Below are positions 29,712 to 40,064 of a stretch of DNA of 64,000 nucleotides, in pieces. The stretch is from assembly GCA_003605065.1 (NCBI GenBank), contig QZJM01000004.1, forward strand, positions 4,863 to 68,862, read 5' to 3'. The position numbers and the translations under genes are program-made. The stretch's first letter is position 1, and every line of letters starts with the position of its first letter. Below the pieces are notes generated by a model, which was given only the letters and a program-made list of their open reading frames with translations, did not search any database and was not told the DNA's origin. This stretch comes from Dethiobacter sp. GTDB taxonomy: Bacteria; Bacillota; Dethiobacteria; DTU022; UBA8154.

Positions 29712-31097
29712 ATGGAATTTTATTTTGATTTAGCTTCTATTGTAGAATTTTCAGAGGATGCCATTATCGGGATGACTTTGGACGGCATTATTTGCAGCTG
29801 GAATGCTGCAGCAGAAAGACTGTATGCCTACTCAACAGAAGAAGCCAAAGGCTTTTCTATATCTAGATTAATTCCTTTCAACCAGCCTGATGAGATAACA
29901 GCTAACCTCGGGAAGATCAAAAGGGAAGAACGCCTCCCGCATTATAAGACCGTTCATATGCGGAAGGATAGAGCATTAATTTATGTTTCAGTAACTTTAT
30001 CTCCTATTAAGAATAAAAAGGGTGAAATTATTGGGGCTTCCATGATCGCCCGGGACATTTCCGAAGGCCAAAAAACAGAAGTCGCCCTTGAATATTTTAC
30101 CAGGCATGATTTATTGACGGGCTTGTACAACAGGGTCTATTTTGAAGAGGTGATGTGCCGCCTGGAAAGCAGCCAGAAGAATTCGGTAGGGCTTATCATT
30201 TGCGATGTCAACGGCCTTAAAATAGTCAATGACACCCTGGGCCACAGCATCGGGGATCATCTTTTAAAATCCGCTGCAGGTATTTTAAAGAAATGTTTCC
30301 GTAAAGAAGATGTGGTAGCCCGCGTCGGAGGCGATGAATTCGCAATAATGCTCCTGAACGCCAGCGCTTCAGTTTTGGAAGCTATCTGCCGGAGAATCAG
30401 GGAGTGCATAGAGGCGTATAACAAAACAGGCCCGCAGGTTCCGCTGAACATGTGTTTTGGAACGGCAGTAAAAGACATGACGTCAACCAGTATAAAAGAT
30501 CTTTTTACAGAAGCCGATAATAACATGCGGCGTGAAAAGTTACACTGCAAGTCGAGCAGTTCCAGTGGTATTGTAAAAATACTCATGAAGGCTTTGGAGG
30601 CGAGGGATTTTATCACGGAGGGCCATGTTGATCGTTTGCAGGAACTGGTACTAAAGATGAGCCCTTATTCGGATTCCCGGGCTAAGGATCTGCAACTTTT
30701 TGCCCAGTTTCATGACATTGGTAAAGTAGGAATACCGGACCGTATACTTTTTAAGTCCGGGCCTCTTACTCCTGAGGAAGCTTTGGAGATGCAGAAACAT
30801 TGCGAGATCGGCTTCCGAATTGCAATGTCTTCTCCTGACCTGGCTCCTATTGCGGACTGGATTCTCAAACACCATGAGTGGTGGAATGGAAAAGGCTACC
30901 CTCTGGGCCTTAAAGGTGAAGATATCCCTGTTGAGTGCCGCATACTTGCCATCGCTGACGCTTACGACGCCATGACCAACGATCGTCCTTACCGAAAAGC
31001 TCTTTCTCACCTTGAAGCGGTTGAAGAACTTAAACGATATGCCGGAATCCAGTTTGATCCCCACCTGGTTTTTAAATTTCTAAAACCTATACGGTGA
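29712..31097 (+). CDS. PAS-GGDEF-HD-GYP c-di-GMP turnover protein
   Basis: PAS domain (SEDAIIG...WNAAAE), RKED I-site, VGGDEF, FHDIGK and HHEWWNGKGYP. Confidence 0.94.
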   Translation: MEFYFDLASIVEFSEDAIIGMTLDGIICSWNAAAERLYAYSTEEAKGFSISRLIPFNQPDEITANLGKIKREERLPHYKTVHMRKDRALIYVSVTLSPIKNKKGEIIGASMIARDISEGQKTEVALEYFTRHDLLTGLYNRVYFEEVMCRLESSQKNSVGLIICDVNGLKIVNDTLGHSIGDHLLKSAAGILKKCFRKEDVVARVGGDEFAIMLLNASASVLEAICRRIRECIEAYNKTGPQVPLNMCFGTAVKDMTSTSIKDLFTEADNNMRREKLHCKSSSSSGIVKILMKALEARDFITEGHVDRLQELVLKMSPYSDSRAKDLQLFAQFHDIGKVGIPDRILFKSGPLTPEEALEMQKHCEIGFRIAMSSPDLAPIADWILKHHEWWNGKGYPLGLKGEDIPVECRILAIADAYDAMTNDRPYRKALSHLEAVEELKRYAGIQFDPHLVFKFLKPIR

Positions 31098-31186
31098 TTA
31101 TTTATAATCCCCCTTTTCTCTGTTAGGAAATAAAAGAGGGTTAATTCAATTTTTGGAATTCGCGTGAATCAGGAAGCCCCTTCCGT

Positions 31187-31315
31187 TTTTCCACCGCTGG
31201 GGGGCTGGGTTTGGGACTGCCCGGAGCCAAGCGTTTGATGGACGAGATGCAGATTCATTCCAGGGTCGGGGAAGGAACCGCAATAACAGTTCGTAAGTAT
31301 ACAAGGAGATGGTGA
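31187..31315 (+). pseudogene. RsbT-like anti-sigma/Ser kinase C-terminal remnant
   Basis: FSTAGGLGLGLPGAKRLMDEMQIHSRVGEGTAITVRKY...*; no start codon is evident immediately upstream. Confidence 0.75.
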
Positions 31316-31350
31316 GGTGTTTCCTGAAAGGCAAATCTTCAGGGTTAACC

Positions 31351-31413
31351 ATATTTGCCGTCGTTTTTCTCCGGGCGGTTCTTAGTAAAACCCCGTATAG
31401 TAAAATATTTCTC
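31351..31413 (+). repeat. Direct repeat copy 2 (duplicate of the minJ 3' end)
   Basis: Matches 29093-29156. Confidence 0.85.
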
Positions 31414-31459
31414 TGGTTAAAATAGCGTCAGGAAATAGTAAGACAAGGAGTTTGTGCTT

Positions 31460-31933
31460 ATGTCAGTGACTGGGGAATTCAATGTCAAGCTGGATAAAAT
31501 TGTAAACAATTTACGCCAGAACCGCTTTAAGCTGGAGCAATTATTGATGACTATGCAGGTACAACAACAGACGGTCATGGATAGCCTGCAAAAGATTATG
31601 GAAGAACAATTAACCCTGCAGGGAATTATTTCGGGAAGCCTTTCCCAGTTTGAAGAAAAAGCAGGGGCAAGCCAGGGGCTCCAGGGGCTTTTCCATGGAA
31701 ACCCTCTCTTAAAAAATGAAATTATGCAGAAAAGGGTAGCGCTGGAACAAAATTTACAAAAACTCAGGGAGATGAGTTTTCAATTACAGCAGAAGATCCA
31801 GCTGATGGGGAAATCGATCCAGGATATAGGGCGATACGTTTCTCCTGAAATTGAACAGGATGAAAAAAAAGTGGAAGAGATCAAAGCATCCCTGGAAGAA
31901 AGGTCCCAGCAAAATCTGCTCGTGGAGAAATAA
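31460..31933 (+). CDS. Hypothetical Gln/Glu-rich coiled-coil protein
   Basis: 157-aa ORF with SD AAGGAG, followed by a terminator. Confidence 0.75.
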   Translation: MSVTGEFNVKLDKIVNNLRQNRFKLEQLLMTMQVQQQTVMDSLQKIMEEQLTLQGIISGSLSQFEEKAGASQGLQGLFHGNPLLKNEIMQKRVALEQNLQKLREMSFQLQQKIQLMGKSIQDIGRYVSPEIEQDEKKVEEIKASLEERSQQNLLVEK

Positions 31934-31975
31934 AATTGTAATTAGTTACGGGCTTCCATTAATAAAGAGTTCTTT

Positions 31976-32015
31976 CTTCGGGCCGCGACTTAAAAAACCG
32001 CGGCCCGAAGTTTTT
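31976..32015 (+). terminator. Intrinsic terminator
   Basis: CTTCGGGCCGCG...CGCGGCCCGAAG-TTTTT. Confidence 0.75.
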
Positions 32016-32102
32016 CAACCGTATTACTTTGTCTCCCGGCTCTTTTTTGTGGTATAATATTCTGATGGGAGTTAATACAAAACAAGGCGGGTCTGATAAA
32101 CT

Positions 32103-34118
32103 ATGGGTATTTTAAAGCTGGTTTCGGAGTTTTCTCCCCAGGGAGACCAGCCCCAGGCTATTGAAAAGATAACCTGCGGGCTGAAGGAAGGAATGCAGCA
32201 CCAGGTTTTGCTGGGTGTTACCGGTTCCGGCAAGACTTTTACCATGGCCAATATCATCGAGAAAGAACAAAAACCTGTGCTGGTCATGGCACCCAATAAA
32301 ACTCTGGCTGCGCAGCTCTGCAGTGAGTTCAGGGAGTTTTTCCCCCACAACGCCGTGGAGTATTTTATCAGTTACTATGATTATTACCAGCCCGAGGCCT
32401 ATATTCCCCAATCAGACACCTATATTGAAAAAGATTCCTCCATTAACGAGGAGATTGATAAATTGAGGCATTCTGCCACCAGCGCCCTTTTTGAGCGCCA
32501 GGATGTTATTATCGTAGCCAGTGTATCCTGCATTTACGGGTTGGGTTCACCGTTGGAATACGGAGAACAGGTGCTTTCCCTGAGAGCAGGCATGCAAAAA
32601 AACAGGGAAGAGATCCTACGCAAACTTGTGGCCATCCAATACGAACGCAATGATTATGATTTCAAAAGAGGTACTTTTCGTGTACGGGGGGACGTTATTG
32701 AGATTATTCCCGCTTCTTTTGCTGATGCCGCTATTCGTGTGGAGCTTTTTGGTGATGAAATAGAGAGGTTGCGGGAAATCGACGTTTTAACGGGTGCAGT
32801 GCGGGGGGAACGGGATCATGTGGCTATTTTCCCTGCCTCCCATTATGTAACGGGGCAGGAGCGTTTACGGGAAGCCATAAAAGATATCGAAGCAGAACTG
32901 CAGCAGCAGCTGAAAAAAATGAGGTCAGAAGGCAGATTACTGGAGGCCCAGCGCCTGGAGCAGCGCACTAACTACGATCTGGAAATGATCCAGGAAGTAG
33001 GGTTTTGCAGCGGCATTGAAAATTATTCCCGCCACCTGGACAGGCGTCCCCCGGGCAGCAGGCCTTATACGCTTATCGATTACTTTCCCCGGGATTTCCT
33101 TCTTTTTATCGATGAATCCCATGTGAGCGTCCCGCAGATCCGGGGTATGTACGCCGGGGATTATTCGCGCAAAAAGACCCTGGTGGAGCATGGTTTCCGC
33201 CTGCCTTCAGCTCTGGATAACAGGCCCCTGAAGTTCGACGAATTCATGAACCTTGTAAACCAGGTTGTGTATGTTTCGGCTACTCCCGGTCCTTTTGAAA
33301 TGGAAATAAGCACCGGGGTAGTGGAGCAGATTATCAGGCCTACGGGCCTGGTTGACCCGGAAATTATTGTCCGCCCCGTGGAGGGACAGGTAGAAGATCT
33401 TTACGGGGAGATAAAGAAAAGAGTTTCGCGAAATGAGCGGGTCCTGGTTACAACCCTTACCAAACGAATGTCCGAGGACCTGACAGACTATTACCAGGAG
33501 ATGGGGCTCAAGGTGAGATATATGCATTCGGATATAGATGCCCTGGAGCGTCTGGAAATTATTCGGGGCCTACGAACCGGTGAATTTGATGTTCTTATCG
33601 GGATCAACCTCTTAAGAGAAGGGTTGGACCTTCCGGAGGTTTCCCTTGTGGCTATTCTTGATGCTGATAAAGAAGGCTTCCTGCGCTCCGAGCGGTCGCT
33701 GATCCAGACCACGGGCCGGGCTGCCCGCAATATTAATGGACAGGTGCTTATGTATGCCAGCGGGGTCACACCCTCCATGAAACAGGCCATTTCGGTGACG
33801 GAGAGGCGCAGGGAAAAGCAGATGGCATTTAACCGGGAACACAACATTATTCCCAGATCTATCCAAAAAGGGATAAGGGCACCTATTGAAGCTACCAAAG
33901 TAATGGAAGACAGTCCCATCTATTTATCTTCAGAGAGGGTCAGGGCCCTGGGTCAAAAAGAGCGGGAAAAGCTGTGCCGTGAGCTGGAAAAGGAAATGAA
34001 AGAGGCCTCCCGGCAGCTTAATTTCGAAAGGGCGGCGGAGTTAAGGGATATCATCTTGGAGATCCGTTCCATGGGCAAAAAGTGGGCCCAGGCCCGCAGC
34101 CGGGAAATAGCCGGCTAG
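32103..34118 (+). CDS. uvrB: Excinuclease ABC subunit B
   Basis: [22 protein letters not shown] and FERAAELRD. Confidence 0.98.
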   Translation: MGILKLVSEFSPQGDQPQAIEKITCGLKEGMQHQVLLGVTGSGKTFTMANIIEKEQKPVLVMAPNKTLAAQLCSEFREFFPHNAVEYFISYYDYYQPEAYIPQSDTYIEKDSSINEEIDKLRHSATSALFERQDVIIVASVSCIYGLGSPLEYGEQVLSLRAGMQKNREEILRKLVAIQYERNDYDFKRGTFRVRGDVIEIIPASFADAAIRVELFGDEIERLREIDVLTGAVRGERDHVAIFPASHYVTGQERLREAIKDIEAELQQQLKKMRSEGRLLEAQRLEQRTNYDLEMIQEVGFCSGIENYSRHLDRRPPGSRPYTLIDYFPRDFLLFIDESHVSVPQIRGMYAGDYSRKKTLVEHGFRLPSALDNRPLKFDEFMNLVNQVVYVSATPGPFEMEISTGVVEQIIRPTGLVDPEIIVRPVEGQVEDLYGEIKKRVSRNERVLVTTLTKRMSEDLTDYYQEMGLKVRYMHSDIDALERLEIIRGLRTGEFDVLIGINLLREGLDLPEVSLVAILDADKEGFLRSERSLIQTTGRAARNINGQVLMYASGVTPSMKQAISVTERRREKQMAFNREHNIIPRSIQKGIRAPIEATKVMEDSPIYLSSERVRALGQKEREKLCRELEKEMKEASRQLNFERAAELRDIILEIRSMGKKWAQARSREIAG

Positions 34119-34133
34119 TTCCTTCAATAAAAA

Positions 34134-34347
34134 AAGCGTAGCGTTTGCTGGTGGCGTAGTTCCGAGTTCGCTCGGCAAGTTCTACTACTCACCTCGAGCT
34201 TCCGACGACCTCCCCGGCGGAATTTCCGTCCATGGTCATCACCGGCAGCTGACATCCTGTCAGCTGGGTCGTCTCCAGCTCTCGTTTCGTAGTGAACTTG
34301 TTTCCTCGCTTCACAAGTCACTCCGCCAACAGCAAAACGCTGCGTTT
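34134..34347. repeat. ~215-nt imperfect long hairpin/branched element between uvrB and uvrA
   Basis: The ends pair (AAGCGTAGCGTTTGCTGGTGGCG / CGCCAACAGCAAAACGCTGCGTTT); nested stems CAAGTTC/GAACTTG, GAGCT/AGCTC, GACGACC/GGTCGTC and CAGCTGACA-tcc-TGTCAGCTG. Confidence 0.7.
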
Positions 34348-34376
34348 ACGAAATAACAGCTTTATAGGAGAGAAAA

Positions 34377-37193
34377 ATGGAGAAGATAGTCATTAAAGGA
34401 GCAAGGGAGCACAATCTTAAAAATATCAACCTGGAGATTCCCCGCGACAAGCTGGTGGTATTTACCGGCTTGAGCGGATCCGGAAAGTCTTCCCTGGCCT
34501 TTGATACAATCTATGCCGAAGGTCAGAGGCGCTACGTGGAGTCCCTTTCCGCCTATGCCCGGCAGTTCCTGGGTCAGATGGACAAACCCGATGTGGATTT
34601 TATTGAAGGCCTTTCACCGGCAGTGTCTATCGATCAAAAGAGCACCTCCAAAAACCCTCGTTCCACGGTAGGCACTGTAACGGAAATATACGATTACCTC
34701 CGTCTTTTATACGCCCGTGTAGGCCGGCCCCATTGTCCTTACTGCAGGAAACCCATCTCCGGCCAGACCATCCAGCAAATTGTAGACCAGCTTCTGGCGT
34801 CGCCGGAAGGAACTCGCTTGCAGGTTATGTCCCCGCTGGTACGGGGGCGGAAAGGGGAATACGGGGCTCTGTTTGAGGAGCTGCGTAAAAAGGGATATGT
34901 GAGAGTGCGCGTTGATGGAGAGATACGTATGCTCGATGAAGATATTTCCCTGGATAAATCCAAGAAACATAATATTGAAGTAATCGTGGACCGCCTTGCT
35001 GTGCGGGAGGGCGTGGAATCCCGCCTGTCAGATTCGCTGGAGACGGCTTTGGAACTGGGAGACGGCCTGGTAGTTATTCAGGGTGAAGGTGAAGAAAGGC
35101 TTTTCAGCAGCAGCTTCGCCTGTATTGACTGCGGTTTTAGCTTTGAAGAGATGTCCCCCCGCATGTTTTCTTTTAACAGCCCGTACGGTGCCTGCCCCCA
35201 GTGCAGCGGCCTGGGGATAACCATGGAATTTGATCCGGAGCTTGTTATTCCCAATCCTGAGCTTTCCATTGCCGAGGGGGCTATTCATCCCTGGGGAGGC
35301 AGCCAGGGCTATTACAAACAATTTCTGGAGGGTTTTGCCCTGCAGTTTAACCTGGATCTGCGCAAACCCTTTGCTTTGTTTACGGATAAGGAGAAAGAAC
35401 TTGTTTTCTATGGTTCCCCGGAGGCCGTTGCCTTTCGCTATGCAAGCTCTTTCAGGGGCAGGACGAGGTACCATAAGAGACCTTTTTCCGGGGTGCTTAA
35501 ACTCCTGGAAAAAAGATACCAGGAATCGGAAAGTGATGAAATCAGAACGGAGCTGGCCCGTTATATGAGCAGTAAACCGTGCCCGGCCTGTGGGGGCGCC
35601 CGCTTGAAAGAAGCCAGCCTGGCTGTAACCGTGGGGGAAAAAAATATCGCCCTTTTAACGGGTATGACAGTGGAGGAAGCGCAGGATTTCCTTTCCGGGC
35701 TGCCGCTGACCGAAAAGGAAACACATATTGCCCGGCAGGTATTAAAGGAAATTTCCACCCGGCTGGGTTTTCTTCTGGACGTGGGGCTGGGATATCTAAC
35801 CCTGGATCGCAGTGCAGCTACTTTATCCGGTGGGGAAGCCCAGCGTATCCGTCTGGCCACCCAAATAGGCTCCGGGTTGACAGGAGTAATCTATATCCTG
35901 GATGAACCCAGTATCGGGCTGCACCAGCGTGATAATGCCCGCCTGCTGCAAACTCTCCTGAGGCTGCGGGATCTGGGGAACACCGTTATTATTGTAGAAC
36001 ATGACGAGGATACGATCCGCAGTGCCGATTATATTGTGGACATGGGGCCGGGAGCCGGGGAAACAGGCGGGTATATTGTTGCCGCCGGCCCCCTGGAAAC
36101 AATAGTGGAAGAGCCTGCTTCCATAACAGGAGACTATCTGGCCGGAAGGCGTTCTATTGCCCTGCCTTCCGGCAGGCGGGTTCCGCAGGAACGCTGGCTG
36201 GAGATCAGGGGGGTTAAAGCCAACAACCTGAAAAACATCGATGTAAAGTTCCCCCTGGGGATATTTACCTGTGTTACCGGGGTGTCCGGTTCGGGTAAAA
36301 GCACCCTGGTTAATGAGGTCCTGGCCAAAGCATTGGCTCAAAAACTGCACCGGACCAGGGAGCGGCCCGGAGAATACCGGGAAATAAACGGGGTGCAGAA
36401 CCTGGATAAAGTTATCGAAATAGATCAATCACCTATCGGCAGGACTCCCCGTTCCAATCCCGCTACTTATACCGGTGTATTTGACGGGATCAGGGAGCTT
36501 TTTTCCCAGACACCGGAAGCAAAGATGCGGGGTTACAAACCGGGCCGCTTCAGCTTCAATGTAAAAGGCGGCCGCTGTGAAGCCTGCCGCGGGGACGGCA
36601 TCCTGCGAATTGAAATGCATTTCCTGCCCGATGTTTATGTGCCCTGTGAAGTCTGTAAAGGCAAGCGTTACAACAGGGAAACCCTGGAGGTAACCTATAA
36701 AGGTAAAAATATCAGCCAGGTTCTGGATATGAGCGTCCAGGAGGCCCTGGAGTTTTTTACATTTATTCCGCGCCTGCAGAGGCGCCTGCAGACCCTTGTG
36801 GATGTGGGGCTGGGCTACATCCGCCTGGGACAACCGGCCACCACCCTGTCCGGCGGCGAGGCCCAGAGGGTAAAACTGGCCAGCGAGCTTTCACGGCGCA
36901 GCAACGGGAAAACCCTGTATGTCCTCGATGAGCCTACCACGGGGTTGCATGTCGATGACATCAAAAAACTCCTCGGCATCCTGGAAAGGCTGGCCGATAA
37001 CGGTGATACGGTTGTGGTGATCGAACATAACCTTGAGGTTATCAAAAGAGCCGATTATATCATCGATCTTGGGCCCGAAGGCGGCGAGCGGGGCGGGGAA
37101 ATCGTGGCGCAGGGGACGCCCGAAGAGATATCTTCAGTAGAAGCCTCTCATACAGGAAAGTTTCTTAAAAATATCTTAAAAATACCGGTCTAG
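34377..37193 (+). CDS. uvrA: Excinuclease ABC subunit A
   Basis: Two ABC cassettes ([24 protein letters not shown] twice) and zinc fingers. Confidence 0.98.
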   Translation: MEKIVIKGAREHNLKNINLEIPRDKLVVFTGLSGSGKSSLAFDTIYAEGQRRYVESLSAYARQFLGQMDKPDVDFIEGLSPAVSIDQKSTSKNPRSTVGTVTEIYDYLRLLYARVGRPHCPYCRKPISGQTIQQIVDQLLASPEGTRLQVMSPLVRGRKGEYGALFEELRKKGYVRVRVDGEIRMLDEDISLDKSKKHNIEVIVDRLAVREGVESRLSDSLETALELGDGLVVIQGEGEERLFSSSFACIDCGFSFEEMSPRMFSFNSPYGACPQCSGLGITMEFDPELVIPNPELSIAEGAIHPWGGSQGYYKQFLEGFALQFNLDLRKPFALFTDKEKELVFYGSPEAVAFRYASSFRGRTRYHKRPFSGVLKLLEKRYQESESDEIRTELARYMSSKPCPACGGARLKEASLAVTVGEKNIALLTGMTVEEAQDFLSGLPLTEKETHIARQVLKEISTRLGFLLDVGLGYLTLDRSAATLSGGEAQRIRLATQIGSGLTGVIYILDEPSIGLHQRDNARLLQTLLRLRDLGNTVIIVEHDEDTIRSADYIVDMGPGAGETGGYIVAAGPLETIVEEPASITGDYLAGRRSIALPSGRRVPQERWLEIRGVKANNLKNIDVKFPLGIFTCVTGVSGSGKSTLVNEVLAKALAQKLHRTRERPGEYREINGVQNLDKVIEIDQSPIGRTPRSNPATYTGVFDGIRELFSQTPEAKMRGYKPGRFSFNVKGGRCEACRGDGILRIEMHFLPDVYVPCEVCKGKRYNRETLEVTYKGKNISQVLDMSVQEALEFFTFIPRLQRRLQTLVDVGLGYIRLGQPATTLSGGEAQRVKLASELSRRSNGKTLYVLDEPTTGLHVDDIKKLLGILERLADNGDTVVVIEHNLEVIKRADYIIDLGPEGGERGGEIVAQGTPEEISSVEASHTGKFLKNILKIPV

Positions 37194-37208
37194 AGCGGGG
37201 GGAATGGC

Positions 37209-39020
37209 TTGAATCAAGATACCAGGGGATCGCTGTCCTCACAAGTTGGACAATTACCCCACAGCCCCGGGGTTTATCTTTTCAAAGATGAACAGGGCAG
37301 GGTTATTTATGTGGGCAAGGCCCTGGATTTGCGCCAGCGGGTTCGCTCCTATTTTCAAAAAACTGCCCTTCACTCTCCCCGTTTAAAAGCCCTGGTAGAG
37401 AATATTTCCACCTTTTCTTATATCGTTACAGATTCAGAAGCCGAGGCTTTTGTGCTCGAGTCTAACCTGATCAAAGAGTATTCCCCCCGTTACAACGTGC
37501 AGTTTAAGGATGACAAGCACTACCCTTACCTGCGCCTGAACATGGAGGAGCCCTTCCCCTGGCTGGAGGTAGCCCGCAGGCTTGAAGGAAAGGGTTATAG
37601 GTATTTTGGCCCGTACAGCAAGGCAGGCGCCATGCGGGAAACAATGAAGCTGATTAAGAAGCTTTTCCCCCTGCGAAGCTGCCGCCAGCAGCTCAAGGAG
37701 GGAGAGGTCAAAGGGCGACCCTGTCTCAATCACCAAATTAAGCGCTGCCTGGCGCCCTGCAGCGGGAGTTTAACGCAGCATGAATACGCCCTGGTGCTGG
37801 AACAGGTCATCCTTTTTTTAGAAGGCCGGCAGTCATATCTCCTGAAAAAAATGGAGAAAGACATGGCCGCCGCAGCCAAAGCGCTGGAATTTGAAAAAGC
37901 GGCCCGGCTGAGAGATCAGTGTTATTCCCTCCAGAGGCTCATGGAACGGCAGAAAGTGGTAACTGCAGATCTTAAGGACAGGGATGTAATCGCCCTGCTA
38001 GAAATTCCCCAGGGGTTTTCGGTGGGCCTCTTCCGTGTACGAGGGGGTAAACTGCTGGGGGCGGAAAATTTTACTCCCAGGGGGACGGAAGGGGCGGAGG
38101 CCGGGGAGATCATGAAAGAGTTTTTACGCCATTATTACGATACGGCTGCTTCTATCCCCGGAGAATTGCTGTTGTCCCACATGCCGGCTGAAAAGGAACT
38201 TCTGGAAAAATGGTTACAAAAAAAGAGAGAAAATAAGAAGGTCAGGATAAAAGTTCCGGTAAGAGGAGAGAAAAAAGCCCTTTTAGAGCTTGTAAAAAAG
38301 AATACCCTCTTACATGCACAACACGAGGGAGAGCATTCCCGGAAGCAGGAGCTTTTCCTGGAGGAACTAAGGAAATTGCTGGGGCTGCCGGAGCCGCCCC
38401 AGAGAATTGAGGGCTACGATATCTCCCACCTTGCCGGGAAGGAGACTGTGGGTTCCATGGTTGTTTTTCTCCAGGGAGAGCCCTGGAAAGAGGGATACCG
38501 GCGTTTTAAGATCCGGTCCGCCGGCCCTGCCGATGATTATGCCGCTCTGACCGAAGTATTGCAGCGCCGTTTTAAAAACAGCAGGCTTCCTTTCCCTTCC
38601 CTGATCCTTTTGGACGGCGGGCAGGGCCAGCTTTCTTCGGCCCTGAAGGTCTTAAAGGAAAAAGGCTTAAACCATCTGCCCCTTGCTGCTCTGGCCAAGG
38701 AAAGGGAGCAAATTTTTTTACCGTATCAAAGGGCTCCCCTTAACCTGCCGGATTCTCACCCGGCCCTGAAACTGCTGCAGCAGGTACGTGATGAGGCTCA
38801 CCGGTTTGCCCTTTCCCTGAGCAGGAAACTTGTTAAAAAGAGCAGCCTTTCTTCTTTTCTGGAAAGCGTTCCTGGAATAGGCCCGGTGCGAAGAAAGGCG
38901 CTGCTGGAGCATTTTGCGGGCATGGAAGCATTAACGAAAGCCTCCCTGCAGGAGATCAGGTCAGTCCGGGCCATGGACAGTGCCAGTGCCGAAAGGCTGT
39001 ACGGGGAGCTTCACCCCTAA
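37209..39020 (+). CDS. uvrC: Excinuclease ABC subunit C
   Basis: GIY-YIG (PGVYLF...IYVGKA), RIEGYDISH, LLDGG and helix-hairpin-helix PGIGP. Confidence 0.97.
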   Translation: MNQDTRGSLSSQVGQLPHSPGVYLFKDEQGRVIYVGKALDLRQRVRSYFQKTALHSPRLKALVENISTFSYIVTDSEAEAFVLESNLIKEYSPRYNVQFKDDKHYPYLRLNMEEPFPWLEVARRLEGKGYRYFGPYSKAGAMRETMKLIKKLFPLRSCRQQLKEGEVKGRPCLNHQIKRCLAPCSGSLTQHEYALVLEQVILFLEGRQSYLLKKMEKDMAAAAKALEFEKAARLRDQCYSLQRLMERQKVVTADLKDRDVIALLEIPQGFSVGLFRVRGGKLLGAENFTPRGTEGAEAGEIMKEFLRHYYDTAASIPGELLLSHMPAEKELLEKWLQKKRENKKVRIKVPVRGEKKALLELVKKNTLLHAQHEGEHSRKQELFLEELRKLLGLPEPPQRIEGYDISHLAGKETVGSMVVFLQGEPWKEGYRRFKIRSAGPADDYAALTEVLQRRFKNSRLPFPSLILLDGGQGQLSSALKVLKEKGLNHLPLAALAKEREQIFLPYQRAPLNLPDSHPALKLLQQVRDEAHRFALSLSRKLVKKSSLSSFLESVPGIGPVRRKALLEHFAGMEALTKASLQEIRSVRAMDSASAERLYGELHP

Positions 39021-39061
39021 AAAATAGGGTGGAGGAGGAAACCTTTTTGCAGGAGGAAGAT

Positions 39062-39703
39062 ATGATCGAGAAAAAGGAGTTAACTGTTCTTTTGCCAGGC
39101 CGGGAACTGAAACTCCATGTTGCCGCAGATATTGAAGCGCTGATTACCGATGTAAATGATGAGGATAAAGTCCCCTGCTGGGCTGACGTGTGGCCTGCGG
39201 CCTACGGGCTGGCTTACTTTATCTGGGAAAATATAGATTTTAGGCCGGGGGAGAGTGTTTTAGAATTGGGTGCGGGTATGGGCCTGCCGGGAATAGTCTG
39301 CGGCCTCAAAAGGGCCGACCTTACCCTGTCGGATTTTAACCCCCTGGCCCTGGAGATGGCCGGGGAAAATGCCCGGCAAAACGGGCTTAATGTAACGCTT
39401 TTAGAGGAAGACTGGAGGACCTTTGCCTGCAGGGAAAAATATGATTATATCCTGGCATCAGACATTTTATATCATCCCCAGCTCAATCCCTTTCTGGGAG
39501 AAATTTTTATTAACAACTTAAAACCGGCCGGAAAAATTATCATCTCTCACCCCGAACGTAAGGCGACTTATGATTTTTTGGAAGCATGGTATGATCACAG
39601 TCTTTTTTCTCAGGAAAAGCTCATCCGGGAAGTGGAGCTTACCGATGCTCTTCTTCCCCGTTATAACATTGTGATCCATGTTTTCAAATCGTTGCGGGCC
39701 TGA
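39062..39703 (+). CDS. Class I SAM-dependent methyltransferase (protein-lysine MTase-like)
   Basis: WADVWPAA, VLELGAGMGL and ILASDILY; SD AGGAGG before the ATG at 39062. Confidence 0.85.
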   Translation: MIEKKELTVLLPGRELKLHVAADIEALITDVNDEDKVPCWADVWPAAYGLAYFIWENIDFRPGESVLELGAGMGLPGIVCGLKRADLTLSDFNPLALEMAGENARQNGLNVTLLEEDWRTFACREKYDYILASDILYHPQLNPFLGEIFINNLKPAGKIIISHPERKATYDFLEAWYDHSLFSQEKLIREVELTDALLPRYNIVIHVFKSLRA

Positions 39704-39754
39704 AAAGGGAAGAAGGGGCAAAGGATTTTTGCAGCAGACTGGAGGTCTGCCCCA

Positions 39755-39844
39755 TCAGCTGATGGCAAGCATGCCTTCGATCAGGTCGACAGCCATTTGC
39801 ACCGGTTCAGATATTTCAATCTTTCTTTTGATGGAGACAGGCAT
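39755..39844 (-). CDS. Possible 29-aa small protein or gene remnant
   Basis: GAGGAGG lies 8 nt before the ATG on the - strand; MPVSIKRKIEISEPVQMAVDLIEGMLAIS*. Confidence 0.3.
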   Translation of the reverse strand: MPVSIKRKIEISEPVQMAVDLIEGMLAIS

Positions 39845-39915
39845 TTTTCGGGCCTCCTCAGTATGATAAGTGCATTTGTTTTCCTTGGTATATCTTATGG
39901 GGCGGGATTGGTTTA

Positions 39916-39944
39916 TTGACAATAGACTTTTTTCTCTGTAAGCT
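39916..39944 (+). promoter_or_regulatory. Sigma-A promoter upstream of the Cof hydrolase
   Basis: TTGACA-17 nt-TAAGCT. Confidence 0.6.
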
Positions 39945-40064
39945 AATATTAGGTCATAAGCGCTGCGCTTCCAGTAGGGGTAATTTTTATCCTTAAAAAC
40001 AGTGCCAGGCCACATTTACCAAAAATAATCCTCTAATCTATTTTGTGCGTAAAGGTGAAAAGTT

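Noticed and set aside
31934-32102. LexA (Cheo) box upstream of uvrB
   Set aside because: No GAAC-N4-GTTC found by eye.
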